A DNA stretch of 57,197 nucleotides from a virus (lineage: Duplodnaviria > Caudoviricetes), in the IMG/VR virus record IMGVR_UViG_3300025759_000110, positions 1-57,197 of that record. One strand, given 5' to 3'. This document shows positions 7,732 through 16,551 of this stretch, one piece after another. Made by a program: the position numbers and the translations under genes. A model generated the notes under the pieces. It was not told where the DNA came from and did no database searches. It was given only the letters and a program-made list of their open reading frames with translations. Numbering within the stretch: the stretch's first letter is position 1; the number at the start of each line of letters is the position of its first letter.

Positions 7732-10190
7732 TGTGGAGTTCCTCTGTTGTTACGTTGTTTAAGCAGCTCGCGCTCCATAGCCGACTGAATACGAGCTTGC
7801 GTCTGACGCTCCTGAGAAGACAACCGCTGTTGGAACTGATTCGCCCGCATCTGCTGGTTCTGTGCATCCAACTGCAACTTCGCCTGATCGATCTGATCGT
7901 CCGCCTGCGCCTCTTGTGCGCGTTGCTGCAATTCCGCTTCCTTGAGCTGTACCAAAGGATCGGGGGCCCCGGCTCCTGACAACTCGGCAGACATCTGCTT
8001 GACCTGCTGCAAGCCCTCCGCAACAAACTGAGCCGTAAGCTGCTCCAATTGTAACATTTGTTCGTCCGCAGCCATCGGACCGCCTTGTTGCTGCATCATC
8101 TGCATCATTTGCTGTTGAGCCTGCTCCTTCGCAGCAATCTGCACATGCTCCATAACGTGTTTCTGCAAATTAATCGCCAAAGGCGGCATCTGAGAAACCA
8201 TCGGTGTCGAACCAAATACCAAGTGTGCCGTAATGTGCGCCTGATGGTTCTGACCCTCAAACGCCGTCAACGGCAACTGATCCAACGCATTGATGTTTTC
8301 CTGCGCCGGATCAAGAGGCTCCGGTATCTCCGCAGGCGTCGCCTTCATCAAACGATCAATATCGCTAACACCCAAAGCCTCATACATGTCACGGAATACC
8401 TCGTGCATGTTGTGTATCTCAGGGGCTTGGGCCGCGAGCTGTAATTTGGTCTGCGCGAGCATAATACGCTGCGACTGACTAAATACATTCGGATTGCTAA
8501 CCGGTATTACATCCACACGATCATCAAAATCCTGCGCCATAATCGTCTGATCGCCACCCGCAATCGAATACGGATACTCCTGCGGCAAACTCTCCGACAT
8601 CACACGAGCTAGTATCTTAAACTCCTGACGCATCGCATAGTGCAATCTCTTATGCACTGCGCTCATGACCCGCGAGCCTTGTTCCATCATCGCAATGGTC
8701 GTGCCAACAGGTGCCTGTTGATTGCCGTCACCAACCTTCAAATCAGTGATCGTCGCAAATCTCTGCCCAGCCTGAACCACAAAACCCAACAAATTAAACA
8801 GTGTCTGGTCCGGACCCTTAAATGGCAGCGGCATTAGGCTGTCACGAATAGCCCCTCCGGGTGCGTCCACGTCTCTGAACTCACCGGGCTGCAACGGATC
8901 ATCGTCATCCCTGATCCGTAGTCCACGGGCCTTGAAACCCGCTGGGAGATTGGACAACGTACCAGCATCGATCAACTGTCGCAGTGCCGCCGTGGCAGTT
9001 CGTGACAAACCGCCAATGGTATGGATAAGACCCAAGCCGTAAAAGCCAAAACCGGGCAAGAATTTAAAGTGCGTAAAGTACGCAATCTTCTTCTTTAACT
9101 CGTCCTCTTCGCGGTAATTCCGACGAATAGACAAAATCTGACCATTATCCAGCGACATTGTGACAATGTAAGGGACCCGAATACCTGTTGGTTCGCCCTC
9201 ATCGTCAAGCTCTTCATACCCCTCAAGGTCCAAATCAACGTGGCACTCAAGGATTGTACAGTCATAATCAATCTGAGAAGGCTCAATACCGTCAATCCGG
9301 TCAATAGCATCCTCAACTTCATTCAATTCCCGCTGCGCAGGAATAACTTCAACGTCCAAATAAACGCCCGCCAACTGACGCTTGCGCAAATCATTCAACG
9401 GCATACGCACAACTTGCGTAATATTAGGACATGTTTCGAGGTCCGCGGTTTCATATGGAACAACCAAGTTCTCCGCAGGGACAAACTTGGATACCGCACG
9501 ACCTAGCGTCTCGTCATAATAAGTCTTCTTAAACGTCGAACCAGCAAGCGGCAGATAGAACAACATTTGGTCCATATCTGGCGTGTATTCCTCCATCACA
9601 TTCGTGATGTAGTAGTTCATAAACGTTCTTACGCGCTGCGACTGAGCAACCTTGGCGCTCGTCTCGTCGCCCATAACAACAGTACGGACAGGACCCGCAG
9701 GAGGTAACAATTCATTAAACGCCTGCGCCTGAAACTGCGTCGCAGCTTCCGCCAATAACGGATGAGTCACACCAGAGGCTCCACGGAATGGCTGCGTCCG
9801 CTCCTCATAGTTAAAGCCCAAAAGCTCCAAACCATCCTTATACGCGTCTTCCCAATCCTGACGGCTTGCCTTGTTAGCGTCGTACTCGTCCAACAACTCA
9901 CCAGCAATCCTTGCCAGCTCACGGTCCGGCATCTCTTCCGCCAAGTTAGCATAAAAATCGTCATTCACGCCGCGCTGATCCTGCGGCTCAAAGTCAATCT
10001 CTACCCCACCGTCCTCAGTCGGGTTAATTCCAATCTCACCGACGTTCTCAGCCTGAATCATCGCCATAACGTCATTCTGTGCCTGCGGCAGCTCAATCTC
10101 CAGCTCCGCCCGCAACTCATCTTCGTTGAGCTGAGTAGGAACCGCAGTCTCCATCAAACTGCTCTGGTATCCATTACGTGGTTCAGCCAT
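7728..10190 (-). CDS. Portal protein
   Basis: ~820 aa directly after terL; HPLLAEA and GFYGLGL motifs; Gln-rich C-terminal barrel as in P22-like portals. Confidence 0.9.
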   Translation of the reverse strand: MAEPRNGYQSSLMETAVPTQLNEDELRAELEIELPQAQNDVMAMIQAENVGEIGINPTEDGGVEIDFEPQDQRGVNDDFYANLAEEMPDRELARIAGELLDEYDANKASRQDWEDAYKDGLELLGFNYEERTQPFRGASGVTHPLLAEAATQFQAQAFNELLPPAGPVRTVVMGDETSAKVAQSQRVRTFMNYYITNVMEEYTPDMDQMLFYLPLAGSTFKKTYYDETLGRAVSKFVPAENLVVPYETADLETCPNITQVVRMPLNDLRKRQLAGVYLDVEVIPAQRELNEVEDAIDRIDGIEPSQIDYDCTILECHVDLDLEGYEELDDEGEPTGIRVPYIVTMSLDNGQILSIRRNYREEDELKKKIAYFTHFKFLPGFGFYGLGLIHTIGGLSRTATAALRQLIDAGTLSNLPAGFKARGLRIRDDDDPLQPGEFRDVDAPGGAIRDSLMPLPFKGPDQTLFNLLGFVVQAGQRFATITDLKVGDGNQQAPVGTTIAMMEQGSRVMSAVHKRLHYAMRQEFKILARVMSESLPQEYPYSIAGGDQTIMAQDFDDRVDVIPVSNPNVFSQSQRIMLAQTKLQLAAQAPEIHNMHEVFRDMYEALGVSDIDRLMKATPAEIPEPLDPAQENINALDQLPLTAFEGQNHQAHITAHLVFGSTPMVSQMPPLAINLQKHVMEHVQIAAKEQAQQQMMQMMQQQGGPMAADEQMLQLEQLTAQFVAEGLQQVKQMSAELSGAGAPDPLVQLKEAELQQRAQEAQADDQIDQAKLQLDAQNQQMRANQFQQRLSSQERQTQARIQSAMERELLKQRNNRGTPQ

Positions 10191-10207
10191 CCGCCGCCTT
10201 TCCAAAA

Positions 10208-11671
10208 CTAATAATACATCCGCACTCTAGCAGAGTTTTGCTCATCTTCCCAGTCATCTGTTGGTAACTGCACAAAATTTCCTTGCCTATATCGCATAAG
10301 TGCCTGCGTCATGCTGTCAACCAAGTCGTCATGCTCACCATTCGGAAATGCAGCAACCTCCTCAACCAACTCATCCGCCCAAGTCTCGTCGGGGACCCAA
10401 ACCATCCCCGCCTCAAACAAGGGCGACACACTGTGAACCCGCGTCACCTTGTCATTACCTCGACTCGGCGTGAAATTCACAACCGGTATACCCATGTTCC
10501 GCAATTCATGCGTCAAAGGCATACCACTCGCCTTCGCTTCAATTATCACAGTATCCGGTTCCCAAAAATTGTAAAGGTCCAAGGCGCACTGCTTCAATTC
10601 CGGGAAATCCCATCTTCCCTTCTTACTGTCCAAAAGTATCAAGTTAGGACCCGAACCACCTTCATTCGGATAGAATACCCCCCACGTTGTGATAGCCGAG
10701 TAGTCGCTCGTCTCCCGCTTGCTAAACGCCGTATCGTAACTCTGGATAACATACTCCAACTGAGGGACCGTATCCCGCTCCCAAGTCCGCCACCACTCAC
10801 GCTTAATGATCGCGTTCTCCTCACCAGTAGGATTTTGCTGATACTGCGCGTTCCACTTACTCGGAGGAATAGATGCGCGGACCGCGGTCAAATCCTCAAG
10901 GCTCCAAAACTCAGGCCAACACGGAGTCCCATCATCAAAAATTGCCGGTAACTCAACAACCTCCCACTGATCCGCCAACGGGTCCTTTGCCATCGCCCTC
11001 AATAACTGCCCCGTCATGTCCTTCTCAGACCACCTAGTCTGAACCAAAACAATGCTCCCACCCGGCTGCAAACGCTGACGAGGTCCACCCGTGTACCAAT
11101 CCCAAGCATCATCAAAACCACTATTGCTCATAGCAGTCTGCTCCGAATGTGGGTCGTCAATAATCACCAAGTCACCACCACGACCAGCCAAGTTACTCCC
11201 AACACCAACAGCGTAATACATACCACCCTTGTTCGTGTCCCATCGACCACTCGCCTTACTGTCCGCAGCCAGCTTAACCTCCGGGAATATCTCACGATAC
11301 TCGTCGCTCTCAATCAAATTCTTCGTCTTACGACCAAAATTTACCGCCAGCTCAGTCGTGTGCGTCGCCTGAATGATCTTCTTGTTCGGCATACGGCCCA
11401 TGAACCACGCAGGAAACAAATAACTCGCAAACTCACTCTTCGTGTGCCGCGGTGCCATGTTAATAATAAGTCGTTTTAGGTCGCCTTTTGCGACTCTATC
11501 CAACTTTTCAGCAATGATCCGATGATGACGGCCCGCGATGAAGTCAGGCCAAACTGTTTTCACGAAAGTTAAAAAATCATCTTGGCACTTCTCGTTCTTC
11601 TCAAGCTGCGCCAACCGCAGCTCAAGCTTCAATTTCTTCTCTTCTAAAGCAGGATTACTAGCTATATTCAT
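10208..11671 (-). CDS. terL: Terminase large subunit
   Basis: Walker A-like APRHTKS, Walker B IIDDPH, QTRW coupling motif, RNase H-like nuclease (SYDTA...HDDLVDS). Confidence 0.95.
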   Translation of the reverse strand: MNIASNPALEEKKLKLELRLAQLEKNEKCQDDFLTFVKTVWPDFIAGRHHRIIAEKLDRVAKGDLKRLIINMAPRHTKSEFASYLFPAWFMGRMPNKKIIQATHTTELAVNFGRKTKNLIESDEYREIFPEVKLAADSKASGRWDTNKGGMYYAVGVGSNLAGRGGDLVIIDDPHSEQTAMSNSGFDDAWDWYTGGPRQRLQPGGSIVLVQTRWSEKDMTGQLLRAMAKDPLADQWEVVELPAIFDDGTPCWPEFWSLEDLTAVRASIPPSKWNAQYQQNPTGEENAIIKREWWRTWERDTVPQLEYVIQSYDTAFSKRETSDYSAITTWGVFYPNEGGSGPNLILLDSKKGRWDFPELKQCALDLYNFWEPDTVIIEAKASGMPLTHELRNMGIPVVNFTPSRGNDKVTRVHSVSPLFEAGMVWVPDETWADELVEEVAAFPNGEHDDLVDSMTQALMRYRQGNFVQLPTDDWEDEQNSARVRMYY

Positions 11672-11711
11672 AGGGGTCCCTAGCTAACTTTTCATACGCA
11701 GTTTTTCACGA

Positions 11712-11729
11712 ATGTTTCACGTGAAACAT
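11712..11729. promoter_or_regulatory. parS: parS site (perfect chromosomal consensus palindrome)
   Basis: ATGTTTCACGTGAAACAT; the core 11713-11728 is TGTTTCACGTGAAACA. Confidence 0.8.
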
Positions 11730-11819
11730 AGCACGTAATGTATGCGATTTTAACCGCAAATATACAACAGTTAAACCTCGTTCAAAAAATCACGTAATTA
11801 TTTGCGAGAAACATGGCCC

Positions 11820-12140
11820 TAGCCACCGTGACACGACCGCGGGGGCGGGTGCCGTGCGGCGCGGATTTTGGCGCGTTTTCTGCGCTTTTTGACCCGATAT
11901 GCGGGGGACCCTGAACGTAAATAATGACCCGGCGTTTGCGGTGCTGGGAACATCCGCCGCGGGGATTGATGACCGATCCGCTGCCCGATCCGTTGGCCCT
12001 CGGCCCGCTGCCCTCGGCCATTGCCCGCGGTTAATTTTCACGGGCTGGGCTGCCCGATCCGCTGCCCGATAACTGCCGCCAACTGGCCCACGATCCGCGG
12101 CGCGGTAGGTTTCGCCCACGGTGCAAGGGGCGCGGCCCGC
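11820..12140. repeat. GC-rich, probably non-coding region with short direct repeats
   Basis: Recurring CCGATCCG, GCTGCCCGAT and GCCCTCGGCC; the overlapping ORFs are low-complexity and lack an RBS. Confidence 0.55.
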
Positions 12141-12167
12141 CTTATTTAACTGTCAAACACTGGGCAT

Positions 12168-12193
12168 AAAAAAGGCCCGCACAATGGCGGGCC
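12168..12193 (-). terminator. Intrinsic terminator of cassette 12217..12663
   Basis: GGCCCGC-CATTGT-GCGGGCC followed by T6; identical to 13320-13345. Confidence 0.85.
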
Positions 12194-12216
12194 GTGTCGT
12201 CGTTTGGGGTTCTGGT

Positions 12217-12663
12217 TTATTCTAGCGTTATTTTGAATTTGGCCTCATATTGCATAAATTCGCGCACTGCGTCGTTGATGTCGTCTTCGCTTGGGATATC
12301 GTCAACGCGGTCTTTCATGTCTTCAATGTCGCCTTGCATGTCTTCAAGGCGTTCATCCATCAAACGATTAACCATGCCCTCCAGTTCGGGCCGAATGATT
12401 GACAACAATGCGGCGGCGGCGGCGTCGCGTTGTTCGCAAACGGCGTTGTAATTTGCTTCCCGCGCTTCCGCTCTGGTTTCCATTTCCGCGGCGCGGTCTT
12501 TCCATTTTTGAACGTCCGCGCTTGTTTCGTTGATTGTCTTTTCTAGTGTCCAACCATAATCACGCAAGTTTTTAATATCGTGCGCGGCCATGCGAACATC
12601 CTTTTCCGTAGCGTTGTCAGATAGATTTATAAGTTGATCGGGGTTTGTGTGTAGTTCGATCAT
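12217..12663 (-). CDS. Early cassette gene, coiled-coil hypothetical protein
   Basis: 148 aa with its own promoter, leader hairpin, CTACGGAG RBS and terminator. Confidence 0.75.
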   Translation of the reverse strand: MIELHTNPDQLINLSDNATEKDVRMAAHDIKNLRDYGWTLEKTINETSADVQKWKDRAAEMETRAEAREANYNAVCEQRDAAAAALLSIIRPELEGMVNRLMDERLEDMQGDIEDMKDRVDDIPSEDDINDAVREFMQYEAKFKITLE

Positions 12664-12672
12664 GTCGATTTT

Positions 12673-12742
12673 CTCCGTAGTTAAAGATTAAGGGCTTGCC
12701 CGCCCTGCTGCGATAATATGCGATAACTTTATAAAAAGTAAA
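12673..12742 (-). promoter_or_regulatory. Cassette promoter, leader hairpin and RBS
   Basis: TTTACT-N18-TATTAT, AGGGC-GGGCAA-GCCCT, CTACGGAG; near-identical to 13239-13311. Confidence 0.75.
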
Positions 12743-12750
12743 GTAGGAAC

Positions 12751-12775
12751 AAAAAAGGCGGCCAATGCGGCCGCC
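12751..12775 (-). terminator. Intrinsic terminator of cassette 12801..13229
   Basis: GGCGGCC/GGCCGCC stem followed by T6. Confidence 0.85.
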
Positions 12776-12800
12776 CTCGGTTGTCGTTTGGTGGTCTGGA

Positions 12801-13229
12801 TCAATCGAACCGCGCGACCTTAAAACGCCCTGTTTTTGTCTCGACTACCGCGGCAACGCCGTAATCGTAAACATAACAGAAAAACTTGCCCTCAAAACCG
12901 AACCGCGCAAGCGGTTCCATGTCTGGGTCGTCGTCGTTGGTGGCCTGATAAACGCCGCTATCTGTCACGTGTCCAGACCATGCATATTTAAAACCGCCAA
13001 ACCCGTAGGCCTCATCCATTGCCTCGCAAACGTTCTCTAACGTCTGGGGGATTTCGGTGTTGTTGGTTTCGATACATGCCGCGCAAAAGAAATCGGGAAT
13101 AATCCCGCACGCCTCAATAATATCGGCGGGCACTGCCGCGCCAATGTCAGGGTTGCGGGTGGGATTTAAAACGCGATCAAGCAAAATGTCGCTTGGGCGG
13201 AAATGTGTTTGAATAATATTGGTTGCCAT
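12801..13229 (-). CDS. Early cassette gene, hypothetical protein
   Basis: 142 aa (EACGIIPDFF...YGFGGF...YVYDYG) with its own promoter, RBS and terminator. Confidence 0.8.
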   Translation of the reverse strand: MATNIIQTHFRPSDILLDRVLNPTRNPDIGAAVPADIIEACGIIPDFFCAACIETNNTEIPQTLENVCEAMDEAYGFGGFKYAWSGHVTDSGVYQATNDDDPDMEPLARFGFEGKFFCYVYDYGVAAVVETKTGRFKVARFD

Positions 13230-13238
13230 TGTGTGGCC

Positions 13239-13311
13239 CTCCGTAGGTTAAAGTTAACGAGGCTTGCCCGCCTCATCTGCGACTATATGCGATAACTTTA
13301 TAAAAAGTAAA
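13239..13311 (-). promoter_or_regulatory. Cassette promoter, leader hairpin and RBS
   Basis: TTTACT-N18-TATAGT, GAGGC-GGGCAA-GCCTC, CTACGGAG. Confidence 0.75.
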
Positions 13312-13319
13312 GCCCCAAC

Positions 13320-13345
13320 AAAAAAGGCCCGCACAATGGCGGGCC
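13320..13345 (-). terminator. Intrinsic terminator of cassette 13369..14562
   Basis: Same hairpin and T-tract as 12168-12193. Confidence 0.85.
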
Positions 13346-13368
13346 AGTCTATAAGGCGGGGCGGGTGT

Positions 13369-14562
13369 TTATGCTGTGACCTTGTCCAACAATGCGCCCG
13401 CCTTGCGTTCAACTTCTATCCGCGCGTCCTGATGCGGAACATCGCGGGCAATCGCTGTTATCGCTTGCGCTGCATCCCAAACGGTTTCAACGGGGCGGCC
13501 TTCCTCTTGCAAGTGGCGGGCATTTGCTGCCTTAGCCATGCGACCAGATAGGCCCGCGCGTTTGGTCAAGAAATCCAAACGTTCGTCATCATCCGCCGCA
13601 ATCTTGGCCGCCTTCGCTGCCTCGACCCCTTCGACAAAAGTTGCGGTCGAACCATGTGCGAAACTTTCAAGGGCGGGGCGGGCCTCATATGCAAAGCGAT
13701 CTGGCGCAAATTTTGTGTGACGAATTTTAATTTCTTGGAAATTTTCAACGCCCCATAAATTGCGGTTCATGCAAACGCCACGCAAATACATCGCCGCAAT
13801 GCCCGCGGTTTTGCTGCCTGTTTCGCTGTTCCATGCATAGAACCCGCGGAACATTAAATCAGGTTCGCCGTTCGCAAGCTTGCCGACTTCGATAGGGTTG
13901 CGATCATCCACCAAGAAAACAAAAACATCACGATCCGACGCAAACAAGGTTGTTGTTTCCATGCTCACGGGGATTTCTGGATCATAAACGGCCAAGCCAT
14001 TGCGCGACCCAGTCATCATGCCCGGCACTTTCCAACGGCCGCCGCTTTCCTCAACTAGATTTTTGATCGGTTCCAAAATTTCCCAATCGTAAATCCGCCC
14101 ATAATCTGGACCAGTAGCGGCCCGCAATTCGCCGCCGCCAATATTCTGCGACCCGTATACCTTAATCAATTCTTTGCCGCGGTTGTGACGCAATCCCCAC
14201 TGGATGCAATCCGCCGCAATAGGTGCGGGCAAGTCTTTAAGGTATCCCGCGGGTGCCCCTGCCAGTTGTGAGATTTGACCAAACGACCAATTGGTGGGCG
14301 TATGTAAATGCTCACGGCGGTTGTCATCAGTGTATTCAATAAAGATATTCCCGCGACTGGGGTTGTCGTGATCGACGTCGCCAACAATTTTCATTCGATG
14401 CGTATCGACCACGGTCGATTGCATTTGGCGGGCATCCTGTTTTTTGAACGTCAACATGTCATCCAGTGACAAAAATTTCTGATCGTCTGGACGTGAAAAC
14501 CACTGTGAAGAAACTGCGCTGTTCCCGATTCCATGCGCAAAAGCGTTAGTTGTGTAAGTCAT
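13369..14562 (-). CDS. DUF932-like protein
   Basis: ~397 aa from MTYTTN; SSQWFSRPDD, FASDRDVFVFL, WNSETGSKT, CMNRNLWG and IRHTK motifs recalled from DUF932 proteins of mobile elements. Confidence 0.7.
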   Translation of the reverse strand: MTYTTNAFAHGIGNSAVSSQWFSRPDDQKFLSLDDMLTFKKQDARQMQSTVVDTHRMKIVGDVDHDNPSRGNIFIEYTDDNRREHLHTPTNWSFGQISQLAGAPAGYLKDLPAPIAADCIQWGLRHNRGKELIKVYGSQNIGGGELRAATGPDYGRIYDWEILEPIKNLVEESGGRWKVPGMMTGSRNGLAVYDPEIPVSMETTTLFASDRDVFVFLVDDRNPIEVGKLANGEPDLMFRGFYAWNSETGSKTAGIAAMYLRGVCMNRNLWGVENFQEIKIRHTKFAPDRFAYEARPALESFAHGSTATFVEGVEAAKAAKIAADDDERLDFLTKRAGLSGRMAKAANARHLQEEGRPVETVWDAAQAITAIARDVPHQDARIEVERKAGALLDKVTA

Positions 14563-14570
14563 GTCATTAA

Positions 14571-14650
14571 CTCCGTAGTAAGACAAAATAAAACGGGGCA
14601 GGATTACCCCGCCCCGATGTTATCGCATAAACTCGCATATAATAGCAAGC
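14571..14650 (-). promoter_or_regulatory. Cassette promoter region, leader hairpin (also terminator-like) and CTACGGAG RBS
   Basis: Two TCGCATA boxes 10 bp apart; CGGGGC...GGGTAA...GCCCCG hairpin followed by TTTTATTTT; TGTCTTACTACGGAG. Confidence 0.65.
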
Positions 14651-14665
14651 TAATTTTTACAAAAG

Positions 14666-15361
14666 TTATTCCGCGCCAATGTCGCCCGCAACATGGTGGC
14701 GGATGATCGACCGCGGCGGCAATGATTTTGCAAACCGCAAAAGCTTTTCGCCGTCGGTTTCCTCTTGTTCCCCGTTCGCGGTTTCGTTCCACCAAATACG
14801 ACAGTTGCCCGCATCCGCATAGCATCCGCCGCGGGTTTCTAAATCGGCGGCCTTTTTCTTGCTAGGACCATGCGCAGTAAAGCCAATAATATAATTACGA
14901 TCTCGACGCGCACATAATGGATCGCCGTTACCACACTGGGCGCAAGATATATCGCGATATTCTGCGGGGCATCTTACAATGGTTTTCCCGTGGGGTGCTG
15001 CTGTTTTGCGACCGTGCCAAAATGTTTCGGGCACGACAACCACCGTCGGAACATATTCGGCCGCAATGTTGGCGTTTTCTAAATATTCCGTCGAATAGTT
15101 TACAACCGTCTTGCCCTCCCAGTGATTTCGAAACCACTGGTTCCAGTGAAAATGCGTGTAGGTAAACGAGACGCCCTTGGGGGGTACAGCATCCAACAAC
15201 GCGTCAAAATATTTCCAATCTATTTCGGCCGCGCCTTTACCACTGCAATTCATTTTGCAATCGCTTGGGCAAGTTGCGTATTTCTCGCCACTGCCCGCCC
15301 GATAAGTTACCGCGATGCCCGCGGTTTTTTTGGCCCGACTAATTTCTACAGTCTTTAACAT
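14666..15361 (-). CDS. Cys-rich hypothetical protein (possible Fe-S/metal binding)
   Basis: Start MLKTVE after CTACGGAGG; TCPSDC, CPAE...CAQCG...LCA, GCY and RHHVAGD motifs. Confidence 0.75.
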   Translation of the reverse strand: MLKTVEISRAKKTAGIAVTYRAGSGEKYATCPSDCKMNCSGKGAAEIDWKYFDALLDAVPPKGVSFTYTHFHWNQWFRNHWEGKTVVNYSTEYLENANIAAEYVPTVVVVPETFWHGRKTAAPHGKTIVRCPAEYRDISCAQCGNGDPLCARRDRNYIIGFTAHGPSKKKAADLETRGGCYADAGNCRIWWNETANGEQEETDGEKLLRFAKSLPPRSIIRHHVAGDIGAE

Positions 15362-15404
15362 GGTTTGCCCTCCGTAGGTATAAGACATGTCGCATATTAT
15401 AGAA

Positions 15405-15440
15405 CAAAGAAAAGCCCGCGGTCAAGCGGGCTAATTTTTT
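15405..15440. terminator. Bidirectional intrinsic terminator
   Basis: AGCCCGC-GGTCAA-GCGGGCT flanked by A- and T-tracts. Confidence 0.75.
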
Positions 15441-15442
15441 AT

Positions 15443-15577
15443 TTATTTACGACGTCTGCGGATGCGCTGTTTCGGTCGTTTCATCGGTCGGGCGCGGCGT
15501 TGTTTCTGTTCAAACTCCTGCACTTTGTCGGGGCCGTGTTTTAGATATGCCCACAATTTTGCAAACAATACCATCAT
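15443..15577 (-). CDS. Small Arg-rich protein (not in ORF track)
   Basis: 44 aa MMVLFAKLWAYLKHGPDK...RIRRRRK; ATGA coupling. Confidence 0.55.
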   Translation of the reverse strand: MMVLFAKLWAYLKHGPDKVQEFEQKQRRARPMKRPKQRIRRRRK

Positions 15578-15789
15578 TCCCCCCAGTCTTTTTGGTCGCC
15601 ATTGTTTCGCGCTCTAATATACCCCGCTTTATATGCGTTGACTTCCGCCAAGGTCATATCCGCCTTTCCTACGCGGTCGGTCGTATACGTCGCGCCTTTG
15701 TAATAGTGGGGATCAAAATCCCGACCATACCAATAGTCTGCTCCGCCTCGGTCGAACGGTCCGCCGTGTCTATCGTCGTAGGTTCTCAT
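15574..15789 (-). CDS. Conserved phage hypothetical protein
   Basis: 71 aa RHGGPFDRGGADYWYGR...AYKAGY. Confidence 0.75.
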   Translation of the reverse strand: MRTYDDRHGGPFDRGGADYWYGRDFDPHYYKGATYTTDRVGKADMTLAEVNAYKAGYIRARNNGDQKDWGE

Positions 15790-16010
15790 GCGCCCGCCCT
15801 CTCAAATTTTGGCAAAACTTCTTTTCTAAATTTGTCTGCCAAATCGATATAAAACGAACCAAATTCCTGATCCATTACTTCTGCCAAAGGTGGGATTGCA
15901 TCGTTGGTCTTTCCTCCGTTCTGGTCAACATATTCCTGCGACCATACATGAATGTGATGTAGGATAAAATTCTCCAACTGTTCTTGGTTCAACGGTAACT
16001 GCTTATGCAT
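15786..16010 (-). CDS. Hypothetical protein
   Basis: 74 aa, translationally coupled. Confidence 0.65.
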   Translation of the reverse strand: MHKQLPLNQEQLENFILHHIHVWSQEYVDQNGGKTNDAIPPLAEVMDQEFGSFYIDLADKFRKEVLPKFERAGA

Positions 16011-16197
16011 CTTTCATCTCCTTCAGCACTGCCTTCACCACCACTCGGTACGCGTTCACATCTGCAAGATCATCAAACTCGCAACCCCCAGTCACAGAGT
16101 TCACATCGTCAACAGTGTACGCAGCGCACCAATAATCCAAATCCGCAAGGTGATTGCTCAAGATCGCAATCGCCTCCTGTCTCAGTTGATCACGCAT
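16003..16197 (-). CDS. Hypothetical protein
   Basis: Likely start MRDQLRQEA after GGAG. Confidence 0.6.
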   Translation of the reverse strand: MRDQLRQEAIAILSNHLADLDYWCAAYTVDDVNSVTGGCEFDDLADVNAYRVVVKAVLKEMKDA

Positions 16198-16525
16198 TTT
16201 GTTTCTCCACCAAAATTTCCATGACTTCGTAACTATCGTCTTCTGACAGGGCATAAGTTTTGCGGTGGCCTTCGCCCTCACAGGCAAGTTTGTACGCGTG
16301 GTCTTCGTCATAGGCTTCGACTTCGTAAACCGCTGAAGACGTGTAATGACGGATCACCTCAAACTTTTTCTTTTGCGGTTCGGGTGCGTCCGCTGACATT
16401 TTTTCCAAGTGGTCTAACAACGGTCCCAACACTGTTGAGTCGGCGACCTGAAGAATGTGCTTCAAAGCTCTCGCTTCGTCCGCGTCCACAAAGAAACAAA
16501 GTTTATCCATCTGTAAATTGTCCAT
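16190..16525 (-). CDS. Hypothetical protein, first gene of an early operon
   Basis: 111 aa; TTACGGAGG RBS; upstream TTGATT-N17-TAACAT promoter with three phased boxes. Confidence 0.7.
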   Translation of the reverse strand: MDNLQMDKLCFFVDADEARALKHILQVADSTVLGPLLDHLEKMSADAPEPQKKKFEVIRHYTSSAVYEVEAYDEDHAYKLACEGEGHRKTYALSEDDSYEVMEILVEKQNA

Positions 16526-16551
16526 CTCATTTCCTCCGTAATTTAAAGAGA

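Noticed and set aside
11960-12075. Short repeats as a CRISPR array
   Set aside because: Repeats are only 8-12 bp, irregularly spaced, with no unique spacers of constant length and no cas genes.
11782-12119. ORFs 11782..12021 and 11790..12119
   Set aside because: Low-complexity translations of GC-rich repeats with no RBS; probably non-coding.
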